From: Amphiscolops sp. MND2022 | Lineage: Eukaryota | Assembly: GCA_964187785.1 (NCBI GenBank) | Contig: OZ076413.1 | Span: 54,870,001-54,934,000, forward strand | Length of the DNA stretch: 64,000 nt | Direction of reading: 5' to 3' | Notes under the pieces: generated by a model | Database searches by the model: none | What the model saw: only the letters and a program-made list of their open reading frames with translations | What the model was told of the DNA's origin: nothing | Shown here: piece by piece, positions 38,430 through 51,261 of the stretch | Position numbering within the stretch: position 1 is the stretch's first letter | How the letters are laid out: each line of letters opens with the position of its first letter | Translations under genes and position numbers: made by a program

Positions 38430-40419
38430 GTCGGCTTAGCTTCGATGGTTTTTTGGCTGACTCCTGGGAATAACGTTGCATTGGGACAATCTCATTCTAA
38501 CATTGCTAGTTTTATTATCCATTTAATTGGTTTGAATAACTTTTTGTTCAAGCAATAGAAGTTGGGAGATAACCTTTTTTATTCACGTTTTTTTCACATA
38601 TTTTACTGTGGAATACATGTTCCTGCATGCATCTTTATTTATCTTTGAAATCCATTTTCAGTCCCTCGACTTTAACTGTCCCAGGACCTTGACTGTTCTA
38701 CAAGCTCGAGACCTTCGTTTCGTGTCTGTTACAATGCATTAAACACAAAAGACATAAAGTTTTTACATTTTTGAAAAATTCGACATTTTTGAAATTTTCA
38801 TTTACTACTATCTGTACCCCATATGTCAAAAACGCCACAGAAAAAATTTTTAATTGCTTTAAGTTGGAAAACTTGGTATCCATGGTTTCTGTCGGAAACT
38901 AATTGCTGCCAAACACTTAACAGTTTGCATCCAATGTGGAATTAAAATTTTTTTCGAGGTCTTAGGTGTTTCACAAGGATTTCCAAAATTAGTTTCAATT
39001 TACAAATTGGTCATTTTCAACATAATATTTTCATCCAGGCGTGTCGGCAATAGCTTTTATTCTCAAGAACGGTTGTACTGGCAACGTAGGAACCATTTAT
39101 AGTAAAAGAAACTTTAAAAAAATATTTTCACCCGTTCTTCAGTCATTTTGCACACATTCGGAACGTAGAAATTTTTCGACCGAAATACCCATTTTTTGTC
39201 AGGTCGAAAATTCAAATTCAGCTTTTTAAGCAAAATTATTAACTCTGGCGTAACCAGTGGGGCCCATGATACTCAAAAACACGACTGGGACTGGTATCAG
39301 TTGCTTCAATATCATATGAGACGTGATAAGACGTTATTCAGAGCAAAAGCTCTAAATCGAAGTAAATATCTCGGAAGCTGGGATCACAGTGAAGAGTGAT
39401 ATTATCAAAAGTTAACTCATTTTCGTCAATCACTATGTACAAAGGATGCGTAGGATGAGTTTCAGAACTATAAGGAGGTTTTTGAAGGAATCGGTCTGCT
39501 CAAGGGATGGTATGAATCATTTTTTTCCCAGATAGCACTGTATTTTCCAAAATTTTTAGCCCAATATCTCAAAACACTTCGCAATATACTTTCAATTACT
39601 TTATTCAATGTTTAGAATATAGATGAACACTGTGGTTGATCAGAAACACTCATCTCTTTTGTTTTCCGAAATAATTCCCTTCGCATGTGTTACATTTGTA
39701 GCAGAATAAAAAGCCGAAGCTAAAAAATACGCTATTTTGCTGAGATAGAATGGCATTGATCGTGCCAAAAAAATCTTTAAATACTTCTAACATAACCTTA
39801 CGGACCCAAAATGATTAAAAATAATCACAATGCTGACATGTGCTCTTTCTACGATCCTGGCTGGACAAGTTTTGCATATTCTTCAAGTACCTGTTAGCTG
39901 AATCTTGTGATGGCCTTTCAACTTGGCCTTGTGTCAACTTGAGAAAGCTGTCACATCAAAAAACTGTCAACAAAAAGCCCATTTGTTTATAGGATGTTGC
40001 TGTCGATGCCTAATTTCGTGATTCGATCATATCGTTAGTTCCTTCCATCGGGTCAGATAACGATTGCATTCGGTCTTTGATTAAAAAAAATATAAACTCA
40101 AAGACATTTTTTAAAATTTTTTTGTCGAAGAAAGTACAAATCAAAATGAAAAACACATTTCTCACCCTTCAAAAGCATAACATTTACTTTTCCTAACGTT
40201 ATCGGTCCCACCCTCCCGGTACGGCTTCGCCGTGTCTGTAGTACAACGCCACATTGCGTTCCGACGCCCACCGTCCGTGGGCATGCCGAGGCATGCCCTT
40301 CGACGACGTATGGCAAATTTCTTTTTTTGTGTGCTCCTGAGCGCGGTAGCGGCTAGTTATCGTTATACTCGTAGTTCAATGGTAATTAGTGTAATAGGTT
40401 TTTCGCATATTTTAGACCT

Positions 40420-41416
40420 TCAGTCACCGCGTACTAACGGTTTTCTCGGTTTGTTCTGTGGAAAACGTATTTGGGCTGTGCATATTTTCCGATTGCTTCC
40501 AAGTTATTTTTGAAAAACCTTATCTTAATGTTTTTCGCGTAATCTGTTTATCAAGTAAATGGCATGTTTCAGGCCTTTAGTCACCCGTACTAACGGTTTT
40601 CTTGGTTTGTAGATATATGTTCTGTGGAAAAATTATCTCGGTTGTGCATGTTTTTCGATTGCTTCCGCGTTATTTTTGAAAAACCTAATCTTAATGTTTT
40701 TCGCGTAATCTGTTTATCAAATAAATTTCATTTTTCAGGCCTTTAGTCACCCGTACTAACGGTTTTCTTGGTTTGTAGATATATGTTCTGTGGAAAACGT
40801 TTTTGGGCTGTGCATATTTTTCGAATGCTTCCGCGTTATTTTTGAAAAACCTAATCTTAATGTTTTTCGCGTAATCTGTTCATCAAGTAAATGGCCTGTT
40901 TCAGGCCTTTAGTCACCCGTACTAACGGTTTTCTTGGTTTGTAGATATATGTTCTGTGGAAAAATTATCTCGGTTGTGCATATTTTTCGATTGCTTCAGC
41001 GTTATTTTTGAAAAACCCTTTTTTTAATGTTTTTCGCGTAATCTGTTTATCAAATAAATTTCATGTTTCAGGCCTTTAGTCAGCCGTACTAACGGTTTTC
41101 TTGGTTTGTAGATATATGTTCTGTGGAAAACGTTTTTGGGTTGTGCATGTTTTTCGATTGCTTCCGCGTTATTTTTGAAAAACCTAATCTTAATGTTTTT
41201 CGCGTAATCTGTTTATCAAGTAAATGGCATGTTTCAGGCCTTTAGTCACCCGTACTAACGGTTTTCTTGGTTTGTAGATATATGTTCTGTGGAAAAATTA
41301 TCTCGGTTGTGCATATTTTTCGATTGCTTCCGCGTTGTTTTTGAAACACCTAATCCTAATGTTTTTCGCGTAATCTGTTTATCAAATAAATTTCATGTTT
41401 CAGGCCTTTAGTCACC
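40420..41416 (+). repeat. 166-bp satellite, about 6 copies, with alternating A/B monomers (332-bp higher-order unit)
   Basis: GGCCTTTAGTCA at 40572, 40738, 40904, 41071, 41237 and 41403. Confidence 0.95.
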
Positions 41417-41800
41417 CGGGTTTTCGATGATTTTAGATCAAATTGATCCAGGTTCTAGATCGTATTCCTATTTTAGTTGCTGATTTCCATAATTCTGCAG
41501 CTATTTTGCCAAAATTTTAGATATTATTCTCAATAGAGGCGAAAGTATGCATAACTTAGTTTCGTTGTCTTGAAGTTTTCGTTTATAGATCAAATTGACC
41601 TAGCTTTTAGATCTAATTCCTATTTCAATAGCTGATCTCCATAATTTTGCAGCTATTTTGCCAAAAATTTAGATATTATTCTCATTATTCTCAATAGAGG
41701 CGAAAGTATGCATAACTTAGTTTCGTTGTCTTAAAGTTTTCGTTTTTAGATCAAATTGACCCAGCTTTTAGATCTGATTCCTATTTCAATAGCTGATTTC
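41417..41800 (+). repeat. About 150-bp tandem repeat, same family as 28860-29298
   Basis: GGTTTTCGATGATTTTAGATCAAATTGATCCAGG is identical to the sequence near 28890. Confidence 0.87.
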
Positions 41801-42117
41801 CTTTCAGTATTTCATAATTCTTTTTTTTCAGTTTTTTTAGACCCGTGGAGGCCACGTTCTTGTCGTGGGTCTCGTCAAGTGTGATACTATGTATCTCACG
41901 AGCTGAGAGCCTCCTTAAAAATACAGAATAAGGACCTCGGCAACCTATTTCTGTAAACTTTGTTTACAGGTGGTTGTCATGTCCGACAATTTTCTCCAAA
42001 ACATGATTTCCATATTATGTTCATACTATGAAGCATGATGGATCATAGTATGATCATACTATGGAACATGGTCATTGTGGTAAGGTCTTGGCATGATCAT
42101 GATCATGGAATGACCAT

Positions 42118-42658
42118 TGTTTTGGGGGTAGCTCTCAAGCTAATTCGGAGAAACTCAAAGATAGAGTTCAAACTAGATAGATTGAGGGAACTCAAAGATA
42201 GAGTTCAGGCTAGGGATTGAGGTCTTGTTCTCAAACAACAAGACTAAGATTGATAACGTTTATTGACGATTTCTTATCACGATAACGGTATGAATATAAA
42301 TGATTGAGTTTAGAGACAATAGTGGGGAACTGGTTGTTAGCAGGTTGTTAACCAGCAAATTAGGCATTTAAAGCCAAAGGGGCAACAAAAGGTCTCAGCT
42401 GGTTGTTTACATGTATGTAAAAACAACGTTTACAATAGTGAGCAATGGGTGGTAAATATTGTACATAAAATGAGCAATGTAATTGCTGTCAAGCAAAGTG
42501 ATTGATCAATATTAGGTGAGAGATTAAGTAGACAAAGAGACAAAAAAAGGCACTCTTGCAGATTCGAACTCGCCCAGACCGATTCGAAGGCAAAGATTGA
42601 TCCACTGTGCTAAGTGGAATAAAATTTACTGCGATCGTTGTGGTGTCATGCGCCAACA
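42118..42658 (-). repeat. BEL/Pao 3' LTR (about 541 bp; alternative end at 42226)
   Basis: TGTTGG...AAAACA; AATAAA near 42260; sharp junction with CMC repeats at 42117. Confidence 0.65.
42550..42617 (-). ncRNA. tRNA-like Pol III module inside the BEL LTR
   Basis: A box TAGCACAGTGG, B box AGTTCGAATC, T7 run downstream. Confidence 0.5.
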
Positions 42659-42827
42659 TCCCGCCGGCCATGAAGTGTTAGCTTCATTGAATATATGGTT
42701 AGCACTCGTGCTAATACATTGAAATATTATGAATAGCTAGCACCCGTGCATTGAAATAATATGAATAGTTAGCATCCGTGAATTATACAGACATGAGTTT
42801 GAGTTTAAAGAGGACAAAAAATTTTAG

Positions 42828-42895
42828 TGTTTCGGGGATTCGAACTCCAGACCTTCTGAGGAGGGATTGTTGAGATTACCACTGCACCATCATCA
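42828..42895 (-). ncRNA. tRNA-like Pol III module in the BEL 3' UTR
   Basis: A box TGGTGCAGTGG, B box AGTTCGAATCC, T6 run downstream. Confidence 0.5.
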
Positions 42896-43113
42896 TTCAT
42901 AAGAGATTGGGTATACTTCGGGTAATTGCGTTGAGTGTGTGCAGCTGCAGAAAAATATAAAATATTGGCTGGGTTCTTTTATTCTTCTCTTTACACACTA
43001 AACCTCCTCCCTCGCCCCCCCCTTCATCCCCCCCGTGAGGAAGGAATCCAGATCTGAGCAAAGTTCCCTTAGGACATTGGGAACCTACTCACCAGAGGTG
43101 AGGTAGGAGAGTG

Positions 43114-43201
43114 GGCGTGAGCAGGGCTCGAACCTTGGACCCTAAGGATATCTAGAGGACTAACTAATGCATCGCCTGTTTGCCACTAAGCCAGGACACG
43201 C
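43114..43201 (-). ncRNA. tRNA-like module just after the BEL stop codon
   Basis: A box TGGCTTAGTGG, B box GGTTCGAGCCC, partial acceptor stem GCGTG/CACGC. Confidence 0.5.
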
Positions 43202-43227
43202 ATTTTCGTTGTCAATCATGCTGCTAC

Positions 43228-46200
43228 TCATTGTGTGCATTCATCGTTTGCATTGTGGAGGTCAGTGTTCTTAATTGGTAGACGTCTCAGCTTGCTGAAA
43301 GGTCTTGTGAAATCACCACGCAATGTTCTCACCAATGCCACGCGAGCTAGGCCATCATGACCAAGCTTCAATTGCATCACTCGACCAATACTCCACTGCA
43401 GTGGTGGAATGCCATGGTCTGTGATCAGCACTACGTCATCAACTGAAAGGTTTGCACGCTCTTGTCGCCATTTGCCTCGCGGCTGAAGTGATGCTACATA
43501 CTCAGAAGCCCATCGCTTCCAGAATTGAGAGAGTAGCTGTTGAAGAGCGCGAAATCTTTTTGCTGGATGCCCGCGGGCATCCATCTTCTGCAAACAGGGC
43601 TGTGGGATAGAATCCAATCGGCTGCCATTGACTAGCATTGACGGCGTCAGTGCAAAGATGTCATCAGGGTTGTTTGTGAGAGCCATTAAGGGACGATTGT
43701 TCAAGACTTTTTCTATTTGGCATAGAATAGTTGTCATCTCCTCGTAAGTGAGAATGGAATTGCCCATGACTCTACGTAAGTGGTGCTTCATCGACTTCAC
43801 CGCTGCTTCCCATAGTCCGCCGAAATTGGGTGAGCGAGGAGGAATAAAGAGCCATTCAACGTTGTTGTATGATTGTGCCCCAGCCTTGGCCATCTTCTCC
43901 AATTCGTTGAGGTCACGCCTTGCACCCACGAAGTTGGTTGCATTGTCGGACACAATTTGAATGGGAATGCCTCGTCTTGCAATGAAGCGTCTCAGAGCTG
44001 CCACCATCGCATCTGACGTCAGTGATGATACTGCTTCCAGATGAACTGATTTTGAAGCAAAACATATAAGTACAGCTATGTAACCCTTGACACACTCAGT
44101 TCCATTTTTGAATGTTAGTGGTCCTGCGAAGTCGAGGCCTACACAGGAGAAGGCACGTTCAGGAACCTCAATGCGACTGGAAGGCAGGTCACCCATGAGT
44201 TGCTGTTGGCCCTGATTTGAAGCGGAAGCACGTGACACACTTCTTGATGCACGCTGACGCCTTTTTCATTGCCTGAGTGACCCAGATTTGACGTCTCATT
44301 TCTGCCACTGTTGCTGTGGGACCACCATGCAGGGTTCGTTTGTGGGCATCATTGATTGCAAGTGTGGCCAGTTTGCTTCGATGTGACACCAGCAAAGGGA
44401 ACCGCTGATCGTCAGTCATTGAGTACCCGTGGGCCAATCTGCCACCGACCCTGATGACGCCGTTGTCCATGAATGGGTAGAGGGGTGCTATTGAGCTCTT
44501 CGGGTTGATGAACTCGCCATTTGCTAGTGCTCGATAATTGGCTTCGAAGTTCACTATTTGATCTGCCTTGACAACCGCATGTAAGGCGAGAGCCATTTCC
44601 TCCCGACCAAAGACCGACCTTGCAAATGCATAGAGTTCTTAGCAATTTCACTAGTGAATTGAAATTGTCCAAGTCTACTAACGAATTACTGTGTGAGGTT
44701 AACACTGTCAAGAATTTGACTTCTTGGCGTGCTTCCTCCTTTGTGAGGAGAGTCTGAGGTTGGTCAGGAAAGGATGATCCCAACCACGTGGGTCCTTGGA
44801 ACCAGAGCTTCTGTTGAGCCACTAGCTGCGTTGCTAGCAATCCGCGTGAGCCCAGATCTGCTGGGTTCTCTTCTGAGGGTACGTGAAGAAATTCAGTTGT
44901 TGGCAACATTGACTGAATTTGAGAGACACGGTTGGAGACGAATGTGTGCCATCGAGAGGGATCCGCTTTGATCCACGAGAGTGCGATCGTTGAGTCTGAG
45001 TACAACACTGAGATATTCAGTGCGTGCTTCGATTTTGATAAAGCCCCTTTGACCGCTGTTGCAAGTTTGGCACCAGTGTGTATTGCTAGGAGCTCGAGAC
45101 GAGGGAGAGTTGATGGTTTGATCGGCGCCACCTTGCATTTGGAGGAAATGATGGTTGAAGAGACAATGTCATCTTTGATTGACACCAGATAAACACAAGC
45201 ACCGTAGGCTTTTTCGGAAGCATCACAGAAGACTTGCAAGGAGGCTTCATCGTACAAGTGGGTTGATAGCATCTTCCTGGGTATCTTGAGTTGTGAGAGC
45301 AAGCCCATGCCATCTTTCCAGTTTGTGTATGCTCGTGACACATCGTCTGGGACTGCATCGTTCGACTCAAGATCCAGTTTCCAACACGACTGAATGATGA
45401 TCTTGGCTACTACGAGAATTGGAGCTATGAGGCCAATTGGATCAAAATGCTTTGAAACATCACTGAGTAAAGTTCGTTTGGTAATGATTGAAACATACTC
45501 ACTACTACATGCGTACACGAAGTGATCCTCTAGAGGGTGCCGCGTCAGTCCAAGTGTTTTGATTTGATGGGTTTTGTCGTTGATTTCATAGGCCTTACCA
45601 GCTTCTTGAAGGTCTTTGGGAAGACGAGTGACCAGTTCGGGTTCGTTGCTGCTCCACTTGCGTAGTGGGAGACAGTTCTTGTTGAGGGTTTCAATCAGAT
45701 TGTCTTGAAGCACGCATGCTTCCTCCAGTGTATCAGCCCCACTCAGTAAATCATCAACCCAGAAGTCGTTGAGAATCACATTCACTGTGTTCTGATTGGG
45801 TCTATGATTTTTACCACTCTCTTGAAGTGCTCGGGTTGAATGGTAGGGGAACTGGCAACACCGTACGTTACACGGGTCATGCGCAGTTCTCGGATTTCGT
45901 CCGTCAAGAAATCACGCCACAGAATTCGGTGGAAGTCGCGATCTGATTCGTCTAAGGCCACTTGTCGATACATCTTTGCCACATCTGCCGACAAGGCATA
46001 TTGGTGTAGGCGAAAGCGAATGAGGATGTCGAACACATCGTCTTGTAAGCGAGGTCCAAGCAGTAAGCAATCGTTGAGAGAATAGCCATTTGGGGACTTG
46101 CTGCTAGCATCGAACACGACACGAGGCTTTGTTGTTGTACTATCTTTGAACACACAGTGATGGGGTAAGTAGTAACACAACCCTGAAGTCTGAGGAGCTT

Positions 46201-47895
46201 CTTTCAAGTGACCCATGTCTAGAAGTTCCTTGATGAAGTCACGATACTGCTGCTTCACATCACTGTGATCCTTGAGCTTTCGTTCCAAAGCGAGCAATCT
46301 CTGCTTGGCTGTTTGAAAGTCGTTCGAGGAACGTGCCTCAGACTTGAAAGGAAGATGAACTGTGATGCGGCCGTCATCTGCCACATAGGTCGTCGTATCG
46401 TAATGTTCCACACATTGACGATTTTCTTTGGACATCGGCTTCACTCGAGGAATCTCGTCAACTTCCCAGAACCGAGCAAGATCCAGTTCCACTGCAACTT
46501 GGAATGATTGACATTGGTGGGCAGGCACTTGGGACAACACTCCAGTGACCACCCAGCCGAAGATAGACTTGCGATAGTAAAGCCCACGAGCCTTCCTCCT
46601 TTCGTCCAGAAAGAGATCCTCGTACACATCCGCGCCCAACAACAATTGAACGGGGCCAGGTTGATGGAAGTTTTCGTCAGCTAAAACTACACTTTTCATT
46701 GATTTCAATTGTTTCAAATTAATGAATTGACAGGGTATATTACCTGCAATTGAGTTCAGCACTAGTGCTGTTACCGGCAATTTTTGAGGACCAATCACGA
46801 GATTGACTGACTCCTTTGCTGCTTGTTGCCGTCCACCAATCCCTGAGATCTTCACATCTACTGTTGACCGTGCAAGGTTGAGGTTTGATGCAGCTTCTGC
46901 TGTGATGAAAGATGTTTGAGAACCTGAGTCCAGCAAGGCTCGAAACATCATCGTCTTTGCCGCTGCATCATCTATGCCAACCATTGCTGTTGACAGAAGC
47001 ACAGATGGACCACTGAATGCTGCACCACTCGTCACACCACCTTGCTGCTCGACTGGACGATCAAAGTGCAGTGATGTATGATGCCTCCCGTTGCAAGAAC
47101 GGCAGCTGAATTTCGATGGACAATCAGCCACGAAATGCCGCCCCAGACAGTTCATGCACAATTTGAGGTTCCTCACCACTGCCTTCCTCTCACGCGTTCC
47201 CAACTGCTTGTAGCGATCACACTGAGATATTGAGTGAGACCCATTGCATTCTTTCATCTGACAGCTTGCTGAGTGCTCAACAGTTGAGGGGTATGCTTCT
47301 TGAAGCACCTTCTTGGGCGTCGTCTTGGGGACGGAAGCCTCATGCTGGTCGCCGCTTGATTCCAATGCACGGCTTCGTCTATCCATGAATGTAGTTAACT
47401 CCTTGAATGTTAACACATCTGTGCCAGGATGAGCCAATTCAAATTGCTTCCTCGACTCAGCATCAAGTTTCTCCAGCAGCCAGTACACAAGTATTGCATC
47501 CCATTGATCAACAGGAAGCCCTAAAGCTTCTAGTGCTTGCACATGTTCATTGGTCGACTCCCGTAGCTTGCGCAGCTCGACACTTGAGTCCTTCTTGATG
47601 ACTGGTAGGGCATGAATTGCCGCCAAGTGCGCCTTCACGATTGATCGCTTGTTGTTGTAGCGCTCCTCTAACTTACGCTTGGCGATGTCGTAATTTGTAT
47701 CAGTGACCAACAAAGATGAAACTATCTGAGCTGCATCACCCTTCAGTGCCAGCTTGAGGTATGATAGCTTCTCAACATTGGTCATGTCACGTTTGCTGTC
47801 AACCAAGGTTGTAAATTGGTCCCAGAAAGAGACCCACTGCGTATATTCGCCACTGAATGAGGGAAGGGTCAGCTTGGGGAGCTTTGTAGTCAGGC
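43228..47895 (-). pseudogene. BEL/Pao gag-pol split by frameshifts (gag with Cys/His knuckles, protease, RT, RNase H, integrase)
   Basis: KLPKLTLPSFSG; LLDSGSQ; ADVAKMYRQ; FWVDDL; VFCDASEKAYG; TIPRLELL-like motif; GLDFAGP; SDNATNF; WEAAVKS; FWKRWASEY. Confidence 0.93.
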
Positions 47896-48635
47896 TGCCA
47901 CTTGATCATGATCATAGTATGATTTTAGTATGATCATAGTATGGTGAGTATGTTGGGTCAACCTGGGTCGTACGAAAAACCGCTCGGAGATGATTATAAA
48001 AAATAAAAGAAAGCGATGAAATAAAACCATGAACTTTTGGTTTTCATGAACTTCAAGATAAACATCGGAAATTTTCAGCTTAGGACTGCTGAATCAAATT
48101 ATCCCACGCCCATCTTAGTTTGACCCTAACTTTAGTTCCTGTTAACTGAACCTCCGCCGCCAATAAAGTTCCTCCAACATTACAACATTTTTGCTCGAAC
48201 TTCACGTACGGAAAGAAGGATTAAAAGATAAAACTATACCATGAATAACTCTAATCATATCTTTACAAACATCCACAAAAAAATTACCAACACCCCCGTG
48301 AAAAATTCTTCCTCCTATTCAGTTATTTCAACTGCTTTAATGTTCTCACTACTAGAAAAATCTTGGTCGCCCAATATGATGCTATCATTTCTTCAAAATT
48401 TTTCAAAACGGTCGGACAATATAATCATGATATAACCATCTTCTTCCAGTTGATGATATAACCATTTCATTTCAATGATCAATTTGCTTAGACACTAGTG
48501 TACACCTCTCCCAGAACAGTTTATCATACTTTGTATTCATCAAATAATATTGATTTGTAAAGCACTTTTGATTTGTACTACCACCACAACGGATAATAAA
48601 GTCTTCGTCACTAGTTGTTCCCTGAAAGACCTAAA

Positions 48636-49010
48636 ACTGCAGCTCTGTTAGCGTCTCTCTTGAAGTACTTTGACTACGCTGTTCATCTCGGTGTAAAATA
48701 TTAAAACATTTTCTAAAACAAAACAACAAAACCAGTACTAAAACATTGTCTAAACTAAGCATACTCTACATAGATTTTGCAGAGCAATTCATTCGTACCA
48801 TAGTTTTGGAAGTGAATGAAATTGCATCATCCGTCTGTGGTTATTAAAGTTTAATGGACCAACTACCATCATTTTATGTCGAGTTATACATTGTACAAAC
48901 TAAAATTACTAGGTAGATCGATAGGTTGGGAAAATATGAAAAAGAATCGTGAATGGTTTTAACTGTAAATCTGAGGTTGACCTTGAAATTGGTACAATTC
49001 TCAAGAAAGC
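48636..49010 (+). repeat. Unclassified dispersed repeat X; other copies at 50973-51261 plus 53150-53410 (split) and partial at about 56873-56980
   Basis: Shared CTGCAGCTCTGTTAGCGTC start and shared CATACTCTACATAG...TTGAAATTGGT block. Confidence 0.8.
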
Positions 49011-51261
49011 GTAAGAGAATTTCCCAAGAAATTTCTCAAGAAAGCGTACATTAAGAGACAACTAACGGGGATGCAGTATTTTTCCAGGAATAACAACTGG
49101 CAAGAACAGAAATTCATTTCTCTTCTGAGGTACAAAAACGCAATCTATTTAGCATACATATTTTCGCAGGAATTATTCTTTTCAACACATTCATACGCCC
49201 CTGATGGGTATTTGATGAAATGCATAAATTATCACAAACTTGCTAAAACTTCCTATTGTTAACAAGACGCCCGCTAAGCATTGGGATATTTTCCGCCGTG
49301 TTCGCCTTCACCAACTGAGCCATAGTTATTTTGGGAGGGGGGAATAGGATCTAAAGAAAAAGATCTAAAATTTAGTGATTTTAGATCTTCCCTTTTTTGA
49401 CTTTAAATATTATTCCCGCTGTTAGCCAATTGATGACCCTGATACTCTGATCAATTAACCATTACTAATACTCACAAGAGAACAAAATAAGTTCCAAAAA
49501 ACATTCGACAAATCCGTAAAGAAATTACAATTGGGACACTTGAGGGCTAGAAGCAAAGAAAGAAGGACAACACAGGAAACCAATGAAAGTTTGTCACAAC
49601 CTGACAGTGGCAAAAACTGAATACTGCTCTACTAATTGGCAAAAATGTTAGCTAAACTCGAGAAACGAAGCCGATTCTGTTATAGAAGGAGAACCTACAT
49701 TTGTATCTCAAGATAGCCTGAGACTCCCAAGGTCTAAAAAAAATAAGACTTAAGGGTAGCATTTGTTAAACTACAAAAAATCCGATCCCGAATGAAGACG
49801 TTGCTCTTACACAAGCGTCAAATTAAGGTCACATGATAATTTCCAGACACTCCTACGAGGTCTCAGAGGAGCAACAGCAACATCTGGTGACAGTTGTGAT
49901 GCATGTGGCGTCGATTTGGGTGAAGTTCATGTAGAAAAGCTAAGCTAGTCGCTCCAAACTGTTCAGAATATGAACTGACAGATATGAAATCTGTCAAACA
50001 TAATGACAATCAAAATGGTTGGGTAAAGTTTTTCTGTGTTTTCCTACTTACGGAAACAAGAAAATAGCACCGTTAGTTAGTCGGTATGATTCAGAAAAAT
50101 ACGGCTCCTCAGCACAATACTGTTTGTTGTTGTTTCAGACTTCTTGGTGGTTCTGTCGCCAGTTGAATATTCAGAAGCGGTAAGTGATACGTTTTTAAAT
50201 TTCCCAAGTCGTCGACATGCGGTGTTGGTAAGACTCAAGAAAATAAAATAGTTGAAAGGATGAATACAGTCAGGCTGCATACATACTTTAACAATGAAGA
50301 AGTCTGATATCACTGGAATATTTTTCTACACTGCTTCATGATTATTGAGTTAATTCACTTAAAAAGCTCGCGCTTTTTCAGAATTTTAGAGGTTGTTCAG
50401 TTGAACTTGACACGCAAGTTAAGTTGGGAAAGCCACAAAACTATTCAATAAGGAATCCAAATATAAAAGTGGAAGTACTGATTTTTGCGGGATTCAAAGT
50501 TGTCATGTTTCAAGCATTTATAGCTTAAGGCTATGGTTAAGGCTATGTTTAGAGAAGTAGCTCCCAAGCATTCATGACCTTGACAATGTGACTTTAAACT
50601 TTCAGGTCGTTGCTTAACCTGTTTCTTTCAAAGGATGAATTATAATGCAACTGAAAAAAACAACGGTTCACAATAGCTGATAATTTTGTTCGCCATTTAC
50701 TCCACAGAAGTCGAGAACTATTCTACATCTTACTTTTTGGGCGAAAACGCGAAGCCACCAAAACGTATGGTCCAACAACTTCCCATATTTCAGTTTCCAG
50801 TTTGAAACTGGCGATGCGAAGCGAGTCAACCTACAGATTTTATTAGTCGAAATCCATTTTATTTTTGTCCAATTTGGGTTTTTGAAATTGTCTCTTCCAG
50901 GAGCTTTGCGCATAACACTTTAGCTCTTGAATTTTAGTTTTCTGAACGCGAAACATTGAGTTGCCACCTAATACTGCAGCTCTGTTAGCGTCTCTCTTCA
51001 AGTACTTTGACTCTGCGGTTCATCTCCGCGTAAAACAACATAACATTTTCTAAAACAAAAAAATAACAAAACAAGTACTTTAACTGGTAATCTTTCACAT
51101 CTAATTCCTCAATGTTTCTCACTGAAAATCTTGTGACGATAGATCTCTTCACTTCCTACATCTTTACGATGACAAAGATTTCGCAGCTTTTAGTTGAAAA
51201 AATAGCTGCTTCGCGTTTTCAATTATACCTCATTGGAAAACATTGTTTAAACAAAGCATAC

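Larger units (their letters stand above)
42118..47900 (-). mobile_element. BEL/Pao LTR retrotransposon, 5'-truncated (no 5' LTR), inserted in CMC subterminal repeats
   Basis: BEL-type gag-pol; PPT-like GGCCGGCGGGA then TGTTGG at 42658; CATGAT repeats on both flanks. Confidence 0.9.
28452..47967 (+). mobile_element. CMC/EnSpm (CACTA-type) DNA transposon, 19.5 kb including nested insertions
   Basis: TIR CCCAGGTTGACC..ATACTCA at both ends; TC duplicated at 28450-51 and 47968-69; CATGAT/ATGATC subterminal repeats at both ends; CMC transposase inside. That the transposase belongs to these TIRs is inferred. Confidence 0.78.

Noticed and set aside
30033-43201. Functional tRNA genes at 30033, 42550, 42828 and 43114
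   Set aside because: A/B boxes are present but stems are imperfect and anticodons cannot be assigned; reported only as tRNA-like.
48000-51000. Scattered 60-80-aa ORFs in AT-rich DNA
   Set aside because: No domains, homologues within the window or splice-consistent structure.
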